DNA of 64,000 bases from Ostrea edulis (GCF_947568905.1 NC_079171.1:59582001-59646000), one strand, 5' to 3'; positions 1 through 15,395 are shown, counted from the stretch's first letter. Numbers and translations: made by a program. The notes: a model not told the origin generated them from the sequence alone.

Positions 1-499
1 GTTCACACACATTTTATATAATGCTGAGATAAAAAAAAGAATAAAATAGATATATGCACATGTGGTAAAAGAAAGAGAAGATATGTTGTATATAATTTTC
101 AGGTCCTGTTCAGTGGTTATTATTAATCTAAGCCTAGTTCATAAACACTCCGTTAACGTACACTGGCTCCAATCGAAGTCAACGATTTCGTTATTTGATC
201 TGCTGGCTTGAAGATACCATGATAGTAGACAATAAACCAATTCATTTCCCATATCCTTCCATGCTAAAACAAGGCTACATTGGGAGTGTCATCTCGAACA
301 ACTATCTTGATATTTTGTTCAAATATCAACAATGGTACATGCAGTTAAAGAAAGTGCAACTCGGGATTTTGAATAGATGGTTGTGGCTTGTCAAGACTGA
401 ACGATATTTTTATTATATACAGAAATTGAATACCAATACAAAATTAAGATAAGCAATCATTTTGAAAGAATAATACTAATTCAAAATTCGTTATCTTAC

Positions 500-634
500 C
501 GTCACAATTGGATCCGCTCCAGTGATCTTGACATCCAGTTGGACACATCCCTGTCACTTTATTACAGAATGTCCCCGTTTTACAGTGTCCACAAGGTTTG
601 AAACAATTTGAGTCGTAGAACCCGTCTTTACACA
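500..634 (-). CDS. Gene 2 EGF exon 11
   Basis: [18 protein letters not shown]; 135 nt, cag/gtaag. Confidence 0.9.
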
Positions 635-3600
635 CTGCATTATATCAATCATTGAACATTAAAGTACTCGGTTTTGTTATCAGATGTGTTTTTGTATCAA
701 ACGGTTTCATTTACTTCATATATGCATCATTTAAATATTTAATTAATTCACGATTATAATATCATAGACAAGTAAATATGATAATACCTATTATATGGAT
801 CCAGGAAAAGTATTGACAATAATTGAAAATATCAAATATAGTTCAGAGAAATAATAACAGTACTTGTTGGCTAGTTATTTGAATTGGTGTTCGACTTCTT
901 TGAACCAGAAGTCTCAATAATTTAACGTAATTTGCTTGATAGTCATACCGTCACATTTAGATCCGCTCCAGTGCTCTTGACATCCATTTGAACATTCTCC
1001 TGTCATACTGTTACAGAAGGTCCCTGACTTACAGTCTCCGCATGTTTCAGCACAAGCCAGTCCATAAAACCCGTCTATACACACTGTGTTAGATAAGCGA
1101 TTAAAGTTAAGGAGATTTGTCTTTCAAATTGTTCCCAGAGTTTCTACACATAGCTAGGAACATAAACATATAAAAAAGATATGTGTTTAAAGAAACTCAG
1201 CGCGCTTATATCATACAATATATTACACCTTCACTTTCAAGCATAATCAACGTTAGTTCCAACATTTTGTCGATTACTCTTTTGCAGCAAACTAGGGCTA
1301 ATCGAATTTAACAAATTCATTAGATGGGTTTTGACAGGTTGTATTATGTTAATCTCTTCAATATGGCTGCCATGTAGATTGTGTTTGTAATTCTGTGACA
1401 TGTAAGTTATCTATGGTGCGTAAAATTGCAATTCTTTTCCCTATAATATTCTATAACGTCTATCCTTTACCCTCAATTAACTAATGTCCGAAGGCTTGGA
1501 ATGATGCATCTAAAACCAACATTGAAAAATTTCTTAAACTGGGAAATGCAGTGTTAAAACATTCTTGACGCAGCAACTGATAATATATCAAACCCTCGTT
1601 TCTGACGTTGGGATGGTTAAATGTATTTGAATGGATTATATTACATCATTGTATCATATTGATGCTTACTCCTCCTAGGCACCTGATCCCACCTCTGGTG
1701 TGTCCAGGGGTCCGTGTTTGCCCAACTATCTATTTTGCATTGCTTGTAGGAGTTATGAGATTGATCACTGTTCATTATCTTCACCTTGCATTGTTCAAAA
1801 TTTGTAGCGTCTATGTGTGTGTGATTACGTATGTATAAATTTCCTTATTGTACTAAATGCACCTCTTCCATCCCATGAATATCAACTTTCATATTTCTTT
1901 TAAATACCGGTGTGCTATATATTGTATATGCTCGCGGAATACATCGTTTTAACCGTATCTTTGAACTTTGATTATACGCATCACTATGAGTATATTGTTT
2001 ATGTTTCAAAGGCCCCAGGGAAGAATAGTATGGAGTACTAATCGGGCTACCTTCTCTAAATAAAGCATTGATGATAATAATACTAATAATAACAATACCA
2101 TTATCCTTATTATTAGTATTACTCCTAGGTACCTGCTCCAATGTTTGGTACAGCAAGGGGTACGTGTTTGCACAGATCTCTATATTGTATTACTTATAGG
2201 AGTATGATATTAATATATGTTCGTTATCTTCACCGGTCATAGGCATAGTATAGTTTAATTGAATGAATTTCAGAATTTTCAATCTCTTTTCACCCCTGAT
2301 CAATGTATGCATCTTTCTAATGAATGTTGATAATGGAAAAAAAAGAGATTGTTATTTTAAGAATGTATGACTTTTCTGGATTCCTGACCCCCACCCCTTT
2401 AATGAAAAGGAACAGTATAACCAATTATTTATGATAGAACTTCGTCGAATTATATGATTGGAAGAGTGTTACAGCTATAGGTGGAGTTGATTTCTATATA
2501 CGTTATTGTATAATTTATACTAGGAATTTCCGAAGTTATTCACGAAAAGTTAAACAACAACGCCTTGATGAAAACATACGATATGCATGATACATCATTA
2601 TTTCCAACAAGGGGGAGGGGGGTACCTTCACAACTGCCTGAAAAATTATTGGCAAGCGAAAATAAAACATATAAAGCTAATTGGGCAGGTGTTAATCTTT
2701 CAGTTAAAATATGAGTTAATTTTTTTACGTTTTCACTAAAGTTAATTCACAATTGTACTACTTTGTCAGAAAAAAAAAAATGGAATTACATTTAACATGT
2801 TTATGTATTGAATTATACACATAAACACATCCGGGAATGGTAGAGTGGAGTGAAGTATGTGTTGCTACGCGCCATATAGATATTTTTGTGCATATATGCA
2901 TAACCCATTTTGGCTTAATTCTTTTTATATTTCATATCCAGATCAAGGGTCATATCACATTGCAATTGTAACAATAAGGGTGCGAATGTACTTTACGAAA
3001 TCATATTTAGTTAATCAAAAATCTGTGAAATGGAAGCATATAGATTTGATATGTGCTAAATTAACTCGGATGAAGTAAATTCAAAGCGATTGAATATGTA
3101 TAATCACACATTAACAATATTAATTATGAACTTTGATTACTCATACTGAAAGTTAACAGTCTTACCGTCACATTTAGATCCGCTCCAGTGATCTTGACAT
3201 CCGTTTGGACACGCTCCTGTCATACGGTTACAGAATGTCCCCGTCTTACAGTGCCCGCATGGTTTGGAACAGTTCCAGCCGTAGAACCCGCCTTTACACA
3301 CTGCATCATACCAATCATTGAATTAGAAATAGTACTTTATTATGAGACAATACATATAGAAACATGTTTCTCAAGTTTTCATTCGTCTCGTTTATTTGAT
3401 TTGTTTTAGAAAGGAAAGGTTAAGATAATGAACAATGATCAATCTCATAACTCCTATACGCAATAAAAAATAAATTGTTGGGCAAACAAGGATTCCTGGA
3501 CACACCAGAGTTGGGGTCAGGTGCATAGGAGGAGTAAGCATCCCCTGTCGACCGGTCAAACCCACCTTGAGCCATATACCCTGATCAGGTAAATGGGGTT

Positions 3601-4701
3601 ATTCTAAGTCAAAATCAGTGTGCCAAGAACGACCTAACAAGCCGTATGAAACACGTCAAACAGCATTTGACTGAATGATATATTGTATTGACGAATTAGA
3701 TGGTTATAAAGACCATAACATTTGCTAAATGTTGACTTCCGTTGAAACTGTTGAAACTCCTGTACCATCAACTTGTTTGTCAGTAGCTTACGTCCATTAA
3801 AAAAAACTGACCATATGCAGATCAAGCTCTTGCATATCGATTTAGTTAATCTTAAAAAAAATCATAATCAAAATATCCCATACATTTCGTTGAAAGTCAT
3901 TTTCCATATAATACAAAAAATTGATGACAACGAATAGCAAAACTCCCATAAGGAATGTAAATATAAGTTTGGCAAACACCAAACCATACATATACCGGAG
4001 GTGAGATCAGGGTCGCAGAAAGACTTAAAAGGCCATAGGTATTAATGTCGATTTAAGAAATTTTAGGATTTCAAATTTACAAACGTCTATTGGAAGAAAC
4101 CGTTTAGAGCAAGCCTCCGTCAATTCTAATGCACCACAAGGGTCAATTATAAGTCCTTCGCTGTTTCTTACCTACAAAATTTGACATGCAAGACAGAGCT
4201 AGTTTTTCATAAACAAAACTTATTTGTCGATAACAGTCTCCCGTTCCACAAAAGAAAGGGCAAAATAGACAGTGAACTTATATTGAAGGACTAGGAAGCC
4301 AATGGCACATAATTTTCAATCTCCGTAAGTGTCTCGTTATACGAACAAACATCTACAACCAACAACATATAAATTACCTTGTCATGCCCTAGAAAATGTA
4401 GAATAAAATTATCAAGGCTTTATGATCACTATTAATCTTACATGGGACAGGCACATTGGAAACACCAAATGAAAAAGAAATAAAACTCTGGGATCCATAC
4501 GCTGACATATCAAAAACTGCACGAAGCTAGTGAAGTCGACCGCCCGCACATTAATGGTTAGACCAACATTATAATATGGGACGTGATAAATCAGAAGATA
4601 ATAAACAGTCTGGAGAAAGTACAAAATATAGCCACATGATTCGTGTTTAACAACTACACAGATCGAACTTCAGGCTGCGTCACAGAATGATAAAGAGGAA
4701 G

Positions 4702-4757
<56 letters not shown>

Positions 4758-7700
4758 AAACTCGTATATGTAGACATGTGTTTCCATAACACGTTGGTTT
4801 ATGTTTTATTTTTCACTCACATTGTTACACAACCAATTTTGAGGGGACGTTTACATGAACTAGCGGAAACATCATCTACCATGGCAGTAAGGGGCAGTAT
4901 GAGCGCTCTTAAGATGTATCGTGAAAACCACTAGGCCAACGTCCATATAATTAAGTTGTAACCCGTAAATATTTAGCAGAATGTCGTGTTGCCAAACACA
5001 ACTTTTTTATTTATTTTTTCAGTAGGACCACATATATTCACTAGCATATCCGATTCCTAGATTAGAAGAATACGAAGTTTATTCGATTTTTTGAAGAACA
5101 TTTCTAAATGTGCACGTCGTCGAACTATACGATTAGAAAATGATTGTTACTGATGAAGTTGACGTTCCTTTCTGTATAAGTTAGTGTATAATCCGTACTA
5201 GGAATTCCCGAAGTCATTCGCAAAAAGTTAAACAACAACGCCTCGATGAAAGCATGCGATATGAATAATACATCATTCTTTCCAAAAAGGGGATACTAAT
5301 TCTGAACTGCCTGAAAAATTCTTAGTAGGCGAAAATAAAACATACAAAGCTAATGGAGTGAGGGTTAATCTTTCAGGTAAAATATGAGTCAAATTTTACG
5401 TTTTCACTACAATTAATTTGCAATTATACTACTTAAAAAAAGGTTTGGGGATGGCATATACCATGTCTTGCCTATGCATTGAATTATGCACCAAAATGCA
5501 ACCGGGAATGATAAAGTGGAGTGGACTCCTTGTTGCTTCGCGCAATATCATTTTAGGAATTGCAGTGCAAGAAAAGATATGTAATATGAATTTAATTTTT
5601 CAGGAGATTGAGTCACAGACGATAAAACACATCTCAATAAAGGGATTGCAATATTTATCACATAAAGGATACATAATAGACACCAGTTACTAAAATTAGC
5701 AATCAGACAACACTTGACAGAATGATAGGTTGTAGTGAGGAATTAGATGGTTATAACGACAATAACATTTGCGAAATATTGACTTCCGCAGAGACTGTTG
5801 AAACCCCATGTAACATCAACTTGTTTGTTAGTAGCTTGCATCGATTTAAAAAAGGGGGGTCATGCGCAGCACAATCTATTGCGTATTGAATTAGTTGATC
5901 TAAAAATCATAATCAAAATGTATCATACATTTCGTAGAAAGTCAGTTTCCCTAAAATACAAAAACATGATGATAACAAATGTAAAAACTCTCATAAGGAA
6001 TACAAATTTAGGGCTTGGCAAACACCAATCCCTACATATACCAGAGGTAAGATCAGGGACCCAGAAAGAGAAAGTAACACCTGTCGACCATTCGCATTTG
6101 AGACTAACATCCCGATCTTGCGAACGAAGCAATCTATCATTAATTTAAAAAATGAGAATCCAACAGTTGGTTTGAAATACTCAACAACAACACCTGACTC
6201 AATGGCGATCTGAAATGACAAACCAACTTAATACAAAAAACAGTGAATTTCCTAAATGCTGACTCAAAGCAATGCTACTGAAACTTCTCTTACATCAACC
6301 GTATATGATGATTGTGTTGAAAAGTCATACGTCTTAATGTCGATTTAAGAAATGTTGTGATTTTAAATTTATCAAAGTTTCTTTAATATATTTTTCTTTA
6401 GAAAAATTCATTGACATGACCTTTGATACGATTTATTTCATCCCAATCAATGAAAATAATAACAGTACTGATAACATAACTACTTTTGAAAGCATGGGTG
6501 ATCGGCTATCAAAATAAATGTAAACCTTCGGTAAATTTAAATTCACAAAAATGTTTATAAATCAACTACATTAAACTGTAAGACTTATCAGAATTTTAAC
6601 GGACTATTCCTCAGTATAAATGAAAGGCTGCGTATTTTCAGGATGTAGTTAGTTACCTTTTTAATGAAATAGGACATGGGAGAAATTTCATATCATATTT
6701 TTGATCAGTCATCTAAAACATGAATTTCTACGCACAAAGACTCCTTAATTGATATTGAAAAGATGCTGTAGTTCCACACAAACAATATCATCAATGCCTT
6801 TGGTAATTAGGTCTTCCAACAATATTTTGGGATTCCCATGCGCATGAATTATGATTCCTGTTAGGTGTCCTGTTTTAAATTACTTAAGTCAGAAACTATT
6901 CAAAGTCTATGCTGGAAGATACTTATTTTGCTGCGATCTTCAAATCGACACTTATATATATCAACGGGATTGATTGATTATATATTGTTTAGCGTTCCTC
7001 TGGAGAATATTTCACTCATGTGGATACGTCACCATTGCCGGTGAAGGGCTGCAAAATTTCGGCGTATGCTAGGCGCTTATGGTCTTTGAGGAGGGAGAGC
7101 TCTTTATTGTGTCACACCTGCTGTGACACGGGGCCTCGGTTGGTATCCCATAGGGTTCCGGGTTAGAATTGGCCTTCAGTACCCCTTGTTTGTCGTAGAA
7201 GGCGACTAAATGGGCGTTCCCTCTGATGAGACCGCAAAATTCGGGGGTCATTTTATGTGTTTAAATGAACTACAAATTAAACATGACTGAGTAAAATCAT
7301 AATTGTTGGTAAACTGTTTGAAATGAACATAACTAGCTCACTGTCACATTTAGGTCTAATCCAGTGACCTTGACATCCTCTTGGGCACTCCCCCTTTCAC
7401 TTTCTCACATATCGTTCCTGCCTCACAATGTCCGCATGATTGGGAACAATTCAAGTCGTAGAACCCGTCTTCACACACTAACAATCTGATTAATTACTGG
7501 ACTTAAAAAATATTATATTTATTATCGGGTATGCATGAACATATTTTACTCACCGGATGTATCTATTATTTATCGTTAATTTAGTTTATTTAATGATTAT
7601 GAGAATCAAACATTATTGACAAGTGTATGCAAATTATCATATAAAAAAGAATATTGACGCATTGTTATTTCAATGCAAAGAAATCTAACACAGGGATGAT

Positions 7701-10700
7701 ATCATAACATAGTTGGAAATAAAGTGATTTCAATATCGCTTAATGATTTGAATCAATGCCCAATGTCTTCCAAATCGAAGTCTAAAACTGCAGGCTACTC
7801 TTACCGTCGCATGTAGATCCGCTCCAGTGATCTTGACATCCATTAGGACATTCCCCTGTCATACTGTTACAGAACGTCCCTGTCTTACAGTGTCCGCATG
7901 GTTTAGAACAACCCAGTCCGTAAAACCCATATTTACACACTAAATCAAAGCGGATATTCAACTTCAAAAGAATGTCTTTCAATTCGAAATGTTTTCTATT
8001 ATTTACACATTACATTTATAATGATGTCATTGTAGAAATAAAACCCTCAAAACTATCACAGCACGAAAACCATGGCTTACATCTTGCAGAAAATACAGAA
8101 ACTATATGGAACATTAAGGAAAGAAATAATTTCAGTAATGTTTCAGTTTGAAAATTGTTGCAGAGTGCATAGATCTAGCTTGTCCCCAATTCCAGGTGGT
8201 TTACGCGGTGAACAATTGCAGCAACTTTTCTGTATCGCCAAGCTAGGTTTACGTATGGCTGATGTATGGTTATGTTAAGGAATATAGACAGTATACAAGT
8301 ACATGCTGATAAAATATCGTTATTTAAAGTTTTAAGTACATATAAAACGGATGTTGAAATAAAAAATATGCTAGAGTTTCTCATTGACAATATCTTCGTG
8401 GTCTTTCGTGATCAGGTCTTCCAACGGTCTGTTGGAATTCCCATGGGCGCGATTGTGCTCCTTTGTTAGCTGACCTGTTTTTATATTCATATGGAGCAGA
8501 ATTTATTCAAAAACTTCTACGTGAGAAGAAAGAAATTTCTCGCTGTGACCTTCAATTCGACTTTTAGATATATCGATGACGTTTTGTCTATTAACAATGA
8601 TAGCTTTCATTCATATGTCGATTTGATATATCCCTGTGAGCTGGAAATAAAGGACACCACAAAGTCGTCCACTTCTGCTTCATACTTATATATTTTATTG
8701 AAAGTAGACATTAACGGCAAACTGACAACTCAACTGTATGACAAACGGGACGATTTCAGCTTCTCCATCGTCGATTTCCCACATTTATGTAGCAATATTC
8801 CATTATCATCTGTATATGGTGTTTATATATCTCAACTGATTCGATATGCAAGAGCTTGTTCTGGGTATAGTCAGTTTTTAAATCGAGGTAAGCTACTGAC
8901 AAACAAGGTGATGGTACAGGGATTTCAACAGTCTCGATTGAAGTCAGCATTTCGCAAATTCTATGGTCGTTATAACGATCTAGTTCGTCACTACAACCTC
9001 GCATTGGGTCAAAATGCTGTCTGACGTGTTTCATAACGATTGTTAAGCCGTTCTTGGCACACTGATTTGACTGTGGATAACTCCGTTTACCTGATCAGGA
9101 TATGGGGCTCACGGCGGGTGTGACCGGTCAACAGGGGATGCTTACTCCTCCTAGGCACCTGATCCCACCTCTGGTGCGTCCAGGGGTCCGTTACCCAACT
9201 ATCTATTTTGTATTGCTTGTAGGGGTTATGAGATTGATCACTGTTCGTTATCTTCACCTTGCATGTCAGAAATCAAATATAAAGTAGTCAACAGATTAAA
9301 CTAATACACACACATATATATTGATAATTTGGTGCAGTACCTCACATCATACACTAGACATATAGATACATGTATTTGAAATGACATATACTTGGTAGTC
9401 GTACTGTCACACTTAGATCCGCTCCAGTGATCCTGACATCCATTTGGACACGCCCCCGTCATGTTATTACATATATTTCCTGTTTTACAGTGCCCGCATG
9501 ATTCCGAACAGTTAGGGCCGTAGAAACCTGCTTGACACACTAACTTGATAAAAATAATAATCTCTTTTGTTCATGTAGGATGACCAAGTAAGATTTGATA
9601 ACTAATGTATACTTCCGTCGCTATGCAATTTATTTGATATTTCGTTTGGAGTTTTTTGTTCGCCCTGAAATCATGTTCACAGGTATCAGTGAAATACAGA
9701 TGCAATTAACATATTCTGAAGACACTACACTTTTCGTGGATATTATTAATTGTTTACGTGTAAACCGTCCAGCGTTTCATATAACTGGAACAGTGTATGG
9801 ATCGGTTCATTAAAGATTAATTCATGCATATACACATATACAGGCAGTTCAAGCCACACCACTATTAAAATGAATTCAGATCGTACATCGCGCGGCAGTC
9901 ACTAAAATTGGGAAGGTCGTTTAAGCCCCGGCCTGAGAAACCTTATCTCATTCGCACCCTGTTTTTATGGTGACATGTGCGGGGAAGAGTCAGACCGGAC
10001 TCCATATTGAAAAGTTGGAATTCAGCGATACCAGATGCTTTACATACCTCTTACAACTTTATTTCGCAGATCCACCTTCCAAGCTTATTCTACCAATATA
10101 TCATGATTATTTCAATGCTATCGCTGTTTAAACGGACCTAACACCGACAAATGAGGTATCATTTGGAATAGGTCACCGCCTCGCCATTCGATTTCTTTGA
10201 GCATGACATCGTCACACAACCACACAAAATACCATCTTGTGAAAGTAGAAAGTTTGTGACATACCAGAACAGTGTGGTAATTCCCAGTGTTGTTTACATC
10301 TCTGACATTCCCCAGTGTTCTTGTCACATGGTGCTTGGTTTAAGCAGTTACCACATTTCCTACACGGTGTGCCGAAATAACCATCTAGGCATTCTGGAAC
10401 TATTTTCAAACGGTATCTCAGACATACGGGATTCAATAGTTACCTGTATATATTTATTCAAACTCATTAAGTTAACTTGGGGTAAACAGTTAATGTCCTT
10501 TGAATACAAAGCAAAGCAGTTGTGATTGTTTTGCAGTATTTATACTTCTGAATCATGTTGTTGTTTGATATGCATCTACCTACTGTAAAACTACTGTCAT
10601 ACGCAACAATCAATCTCGTAAATACCGTGTTGCATCAAACCCTGCTAGGCAAGGTACTCAGTACAAGGCTATGGGTTTGAGGATGCAAAACATGTAAGGT

Positions 10701-13700
10701 AGAGTGATTATAAAATCAGATACAATGTGCTGTAAAACGTACCGTTGCAATGTGGTGGTTTCATGGTCGGATTTTTACAACCATAAATGCATGAACCATC
10801 AAAAGCGTCACATTGGTTATCTAAACATTTCCGATCACAGAAGGTGCAGTTTGGTCCGTAGTGTTTAGCTTGACATCCTGGGAGAATCAAAATTATTTTA
10901 TTTACATATCGCTTTAGCATAAATTTACACACAAAAAAGACACACAGGTATGGCTTGCATTTAGTTTTAAAATTATATAGCTCATCTCTCAACAGTTTTC
11001 TTTTAATTTCTTTATCAGCCTAACAACTCAAAGATAGAACAATCGGTAATATTTCAGCTTCTGCATCGTCGTCTTCCCATATTTATGTAACAATAACTTA
11101 TCATCACTTGCATATGGTGTTTATGTATTTGAACTGATTTGACATTTCTTTTTGAATCGGGACAGACTACTGGCGAACAAGATAAAGGTGCAAGGGATTC
11201 AACAGTATCATTTAAAATCAATATTTTACAAAACCTATGATCGTTATAACAATCTAAATTGCCAAAATGACCTAGCATAGGAGTGATGAGATTGATCACT
11301 GTTCGTCAGATTCATCCTTCGTTGGAGTAAATGTTGTCTGACTTATTTCATACCGATTGTTAAGCCGTTCTTGACACGCTAATTTTACCTACGTATAGCT
11401 CAGTTTACCTGGTCAATGTGTAGGGCTCATTGAGGGTGTGACCCGTCGTCAGGGGATGCTTACTATTCCAATGCAGCCGATCCCATCTCCGGTATAATCA
11501 GGGATTAGTTTCTGCTTTATTCCCATTTTCGTATTAATTATGAGTTACGAAATTGTTCCTTTTAATCTTATATTCACCTCTCGTAGACTGAGTGTAAATT
11601 TCATGTAATCGGTTCAAGTTTCATAATGTAACACTGTTGGATTAAAAAATATTTCATCACCGCATTTGAAGGAAATCATATATCCATATAGCAGATTGCA
11701 AATACGTTTGTAAGTATAATCAATAGAGCATATAATTTATTTTACCATCAGTCAAATGTGGCATTAGTTACGTGGTTGTTTGTGGATAATATGTCACTCA
11801 TATTTAGGTTCCGTACAACTGATTCAAAATTGCTCTTAGTGCATATGACCGTAGTAATGTGATTTATATAGCGTGTCAATGTATGCAGAGTCACGTAACA
11901 TATGTTTTAAGGTCATTTCGGAAAGACCCGCGATTATCTCTTCTAAATATTGAGCGATTGGCAAAGCAGCAATTACTACATATGCGTACGTCTAGGTTTG
12001 CCGCCGTGGCACGAGTTGATCTTGCAATAATGAACGATTACGAAACAAGCACTCTACACATCAGCTACCGTGACCGACAAGGGCATCATTGATTAGAAAT
12101 GACATATTTGTTTAACAAATATGTTATTCATCGAAATTAATGGATTGAGTAGGCTAATATGTGTAAACCTCAGTTGTGTAGAATTGTGTTTGAATCGGGA
12201 AATACAGTGGAACTATCAGTCTAGTATTGCAATGGGGGACAATGAAATTTTCTATCATTTTCTGTTTGCACAATTATTTAAAAAATCAATTTCATATCAA
12301 GTTATATTTCACGCAAGACCATTAAACGGGGTGTACCAAGTTGGAAGTAATGAGATATGGTTACCAACAGAGCAATGTTCTCAAGAAGTACAATATTAAC
12401 AACTGAATGCAAAATCATTTAAAATATATTTTTTAAAAGATTACCCTGTTTAAAGATTACTCTGTTGTAACATTCATCGTAGATATATCAGTACAGCCAC
12501 ACGCATATTCGGATACATGAATATACAAAACATCTCCAATAATCTGTGAAATATACCTTACCCATAACACGGACTTCACAAATTTCAATGGTCGCATGAT
12601 CTCTGTTATAATTCGTACAGCTGGTCTGTAGAGGGGATTTTCTAGAGTTGTATAGAGCTATGCCTCTTGTTACTCTATTGACGGTAACATTCATCAGCTG
12701 ATTAGGACATGTCGCTGGATCGTGTGAAAATAGAAGTCCATCAATAGAAGGTGGAGTGTACGACGTGTCATTGAATACATACACAGAAAACCCGGTTTGA
12801 CTGTGAACACCTGCAACAGAAAGTGACATATTTATTTATTTCATAAATGTACAATGAATTGTAATCAATGTCTTCATTTTCATTTATTTAACTGTATCAT
12901 GTGCCTCCGGACTATATAACTATGTCCTTCCTTCAATAGTCAGCGAAACCATAACCAAATCAACCGTATTTCTATCATCTATCCTTTACATCAGCCTGAT
13001 ACCTCTTGATGACCTTCTCAAAGGTCAACTTTGTGCGACGTCATATTTGATGTGTCTGTTTCAAGCAATGACTAGCTCGAAGAAAAAATGAATTGCAAGA
13101 AACAGTTTTAAGTGAACATGGAGCGAATATTTTTCTAAAAGGTTCGGAATGCAAATTTTGAAGAAATATAGACTGTGTGAAATGTTGGTACTCTGTGTCT
13201 TTTATAAATCAATTTCCTGGGGACAATTCGTCTTGTCATTAACAGCTATTTAAAGTAACATCCTTTCAACAGAAGACCGATCCCGCAAAATAATTCATTG
13301 GGCAGGACACTTTAGTTGATGAATGAACTCAATATGACAATGATATCATAATGAGCTGATACGTCATGGCAGTTGATCCGCCTTGATCAATCCATATTTG
13401 GATACACATACACAAACTCTATTTTTAGGATCGTATAAAAAATTTATTCCACGCTTAAAATAAGTTAAATTTCCCTGATTTGACAAGCCATCATCAGGCA
13501 TTATGATGAGAAATACAGCGGTGAAGTTTGTCTTATGGCTGGAATCAGCGTCTGAAATGCGCTTACTACGCACATGGCAGAGGCGACGTTCAGAAGATGT
13601 CAGCTGTTCAACTTTGAAATCGGAAAAATCAAGGTAAATTCTTCTATTTGAAAGAATGATATCTGAATACCTGAAACCAAAGTTGTCAACAATAAAAGTA

Positions 13701-15395
13701 GACAACATTTGCTGTGTTTTATACATTGAATCTATACTTTAGAGGTAGTATATACATAGTTTGATGTTCTTTGTTTACATACTGCACACGTCACACGTAG
13801 CTGATGTGTAGCATTAGGTGCACAACCGCAAGATAGGCCTATATGTTAGATAACTGATGCCCAAATAGTACCAGTTGTTTATTATTTATATAAACATGAG
13901 TACAGGTGGGTATATAGGCAGTAAAATCCACAGGCACCTGAAATATGGATATTTATTTTATCACTTTCTTAGGGAAAATCCTAATTGTGACCTGTTTCAA
14001 AATAGTACTGAAACCACACTTCACTTTTTACTGAAGTGTCCAAAATAGTGTACACAAAAACAAACACTGATACAAAGTTTTAAAGCTCTACAATTACAAT
14101 TACCTTTATCCTTAGAACTTATTTTGTATGGTGACAATAATTTCAGTTATAAGTAAAATGTTACACTTTTCAAAATTGTACATTAAATTATCTTGCCTAC
14201 AAATAGCTTTGTTTAATTTCTTAAAATATTTCATTTTCAAACCACAGCATTAACTTGTTTATATCTTTTTCCTGTGTAGTAAATTTCTATATCCATACCT
14301 AAATTATATTTGTCAGTCATACATCAAGCTGAAAATTATCATAGAAGTGGAAACTGTAAAATATATCAATGTATTTTAAAATATTATATTGCTTCATCAT
14401 CATTATATAATAACTATATCTGTATTATCTTCATCATGTATTTGTTTGGAGATGGCTTATGTAGGTAATGCCTGTTATCGAACCCTTTTATGTATTATAC
14501 ATAATAAAATATTGTTTAAACTAATTATGGATATTACATGTACTTCACTTACCCTACCCCCCTCTCCCCCCCCCCCCCCACACACACTCTATCTTAGTAG
14601 ATTCCCTGTCTTTCGCATCCTTCTTTCGATTCATGAAATCATTTCACGCTTTTTGTAAGCTTCTACCTGTATGGTTTAATTTATTTATTGATTCATCAAG
14701 GATGTTGGCATAGAATCATGCAATGTGAAGATAACGAACAGTGATCAATCTCATAACTCCTATAAGCAATACAAGATATATAGTTGGGCAAACACGGACC
14801 CCTGGACACACCAGAGGTGAGGTCAAGTTCCGAGGATGAGTAAGCATCCCCTGTTGACCGGTCACACCCGCCGTGAACCCTATATCCTGATCAGGTGAAC
14901 GGAATTATCCGCAGTCAAAATCAGTGTGCCAAGAACGGCTTAACAATCGGTATGAAACACGTCAGACAGCATTTGACCCAATGTGAGGTTGTATTGACGA
15001 ACGAGATCGTTATAACGACCATAAAATTTGCGAAATGCTGACTTCAATCGAGACTGTTGAAATCCTTGAACCATCAACTTGTTTGTCAGTAGCTTACCTC
15101 GATTTACCCAGAACAAGCTCTTGCATATCGAATCAGTTGAGATATATAAACACCATATGCAGGTGATAATGGAATATTGCTACACAAATATGGGAAGTTG
15201 ACGATGGAGAAGCTGAAATCATCCCGTTTGTCATATAGTTGTGTTGTCAGTTTGCCGTTAATGGCTACTTTCAATAAAATATCTAAGTATGTTACACAAT
15301 ACGAGATATGTATAATGATAACAAACTAAATACTAACAGTTCATAAGCATATATGTAAAATGTGTATATATATTTGGCATGCAGATATGACGTCA

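Noticed and set aside
195-452. ORF or possible terminal exon of gene 2 near the left edge
   Set aside because: All minus-strand frames stop early and no domain is recognisable; gene 2 is left 3'-incomplete.
8266-9264. Selenoprotein/SECIS hypothesis for the Naiad-like element
   Set aside because: No conserved in-frame TGA in the visible RT, and no AUGA-AA-GA SECIS spacing found by eye.
9102-9287. Recurring small [23 protein letters not shown] (also 1608, 29898, 34513, 51597)
   Set aside because: It is the 3' UTR of the Penelope-like repeat; copies are frameshifted and in both orientations, so it is not a peptide gene family.
13364-13726. 120-aa minus-strand ORF in gene 2 intron 2
   Set aside because: No motif I can identify; not supported as an exon.
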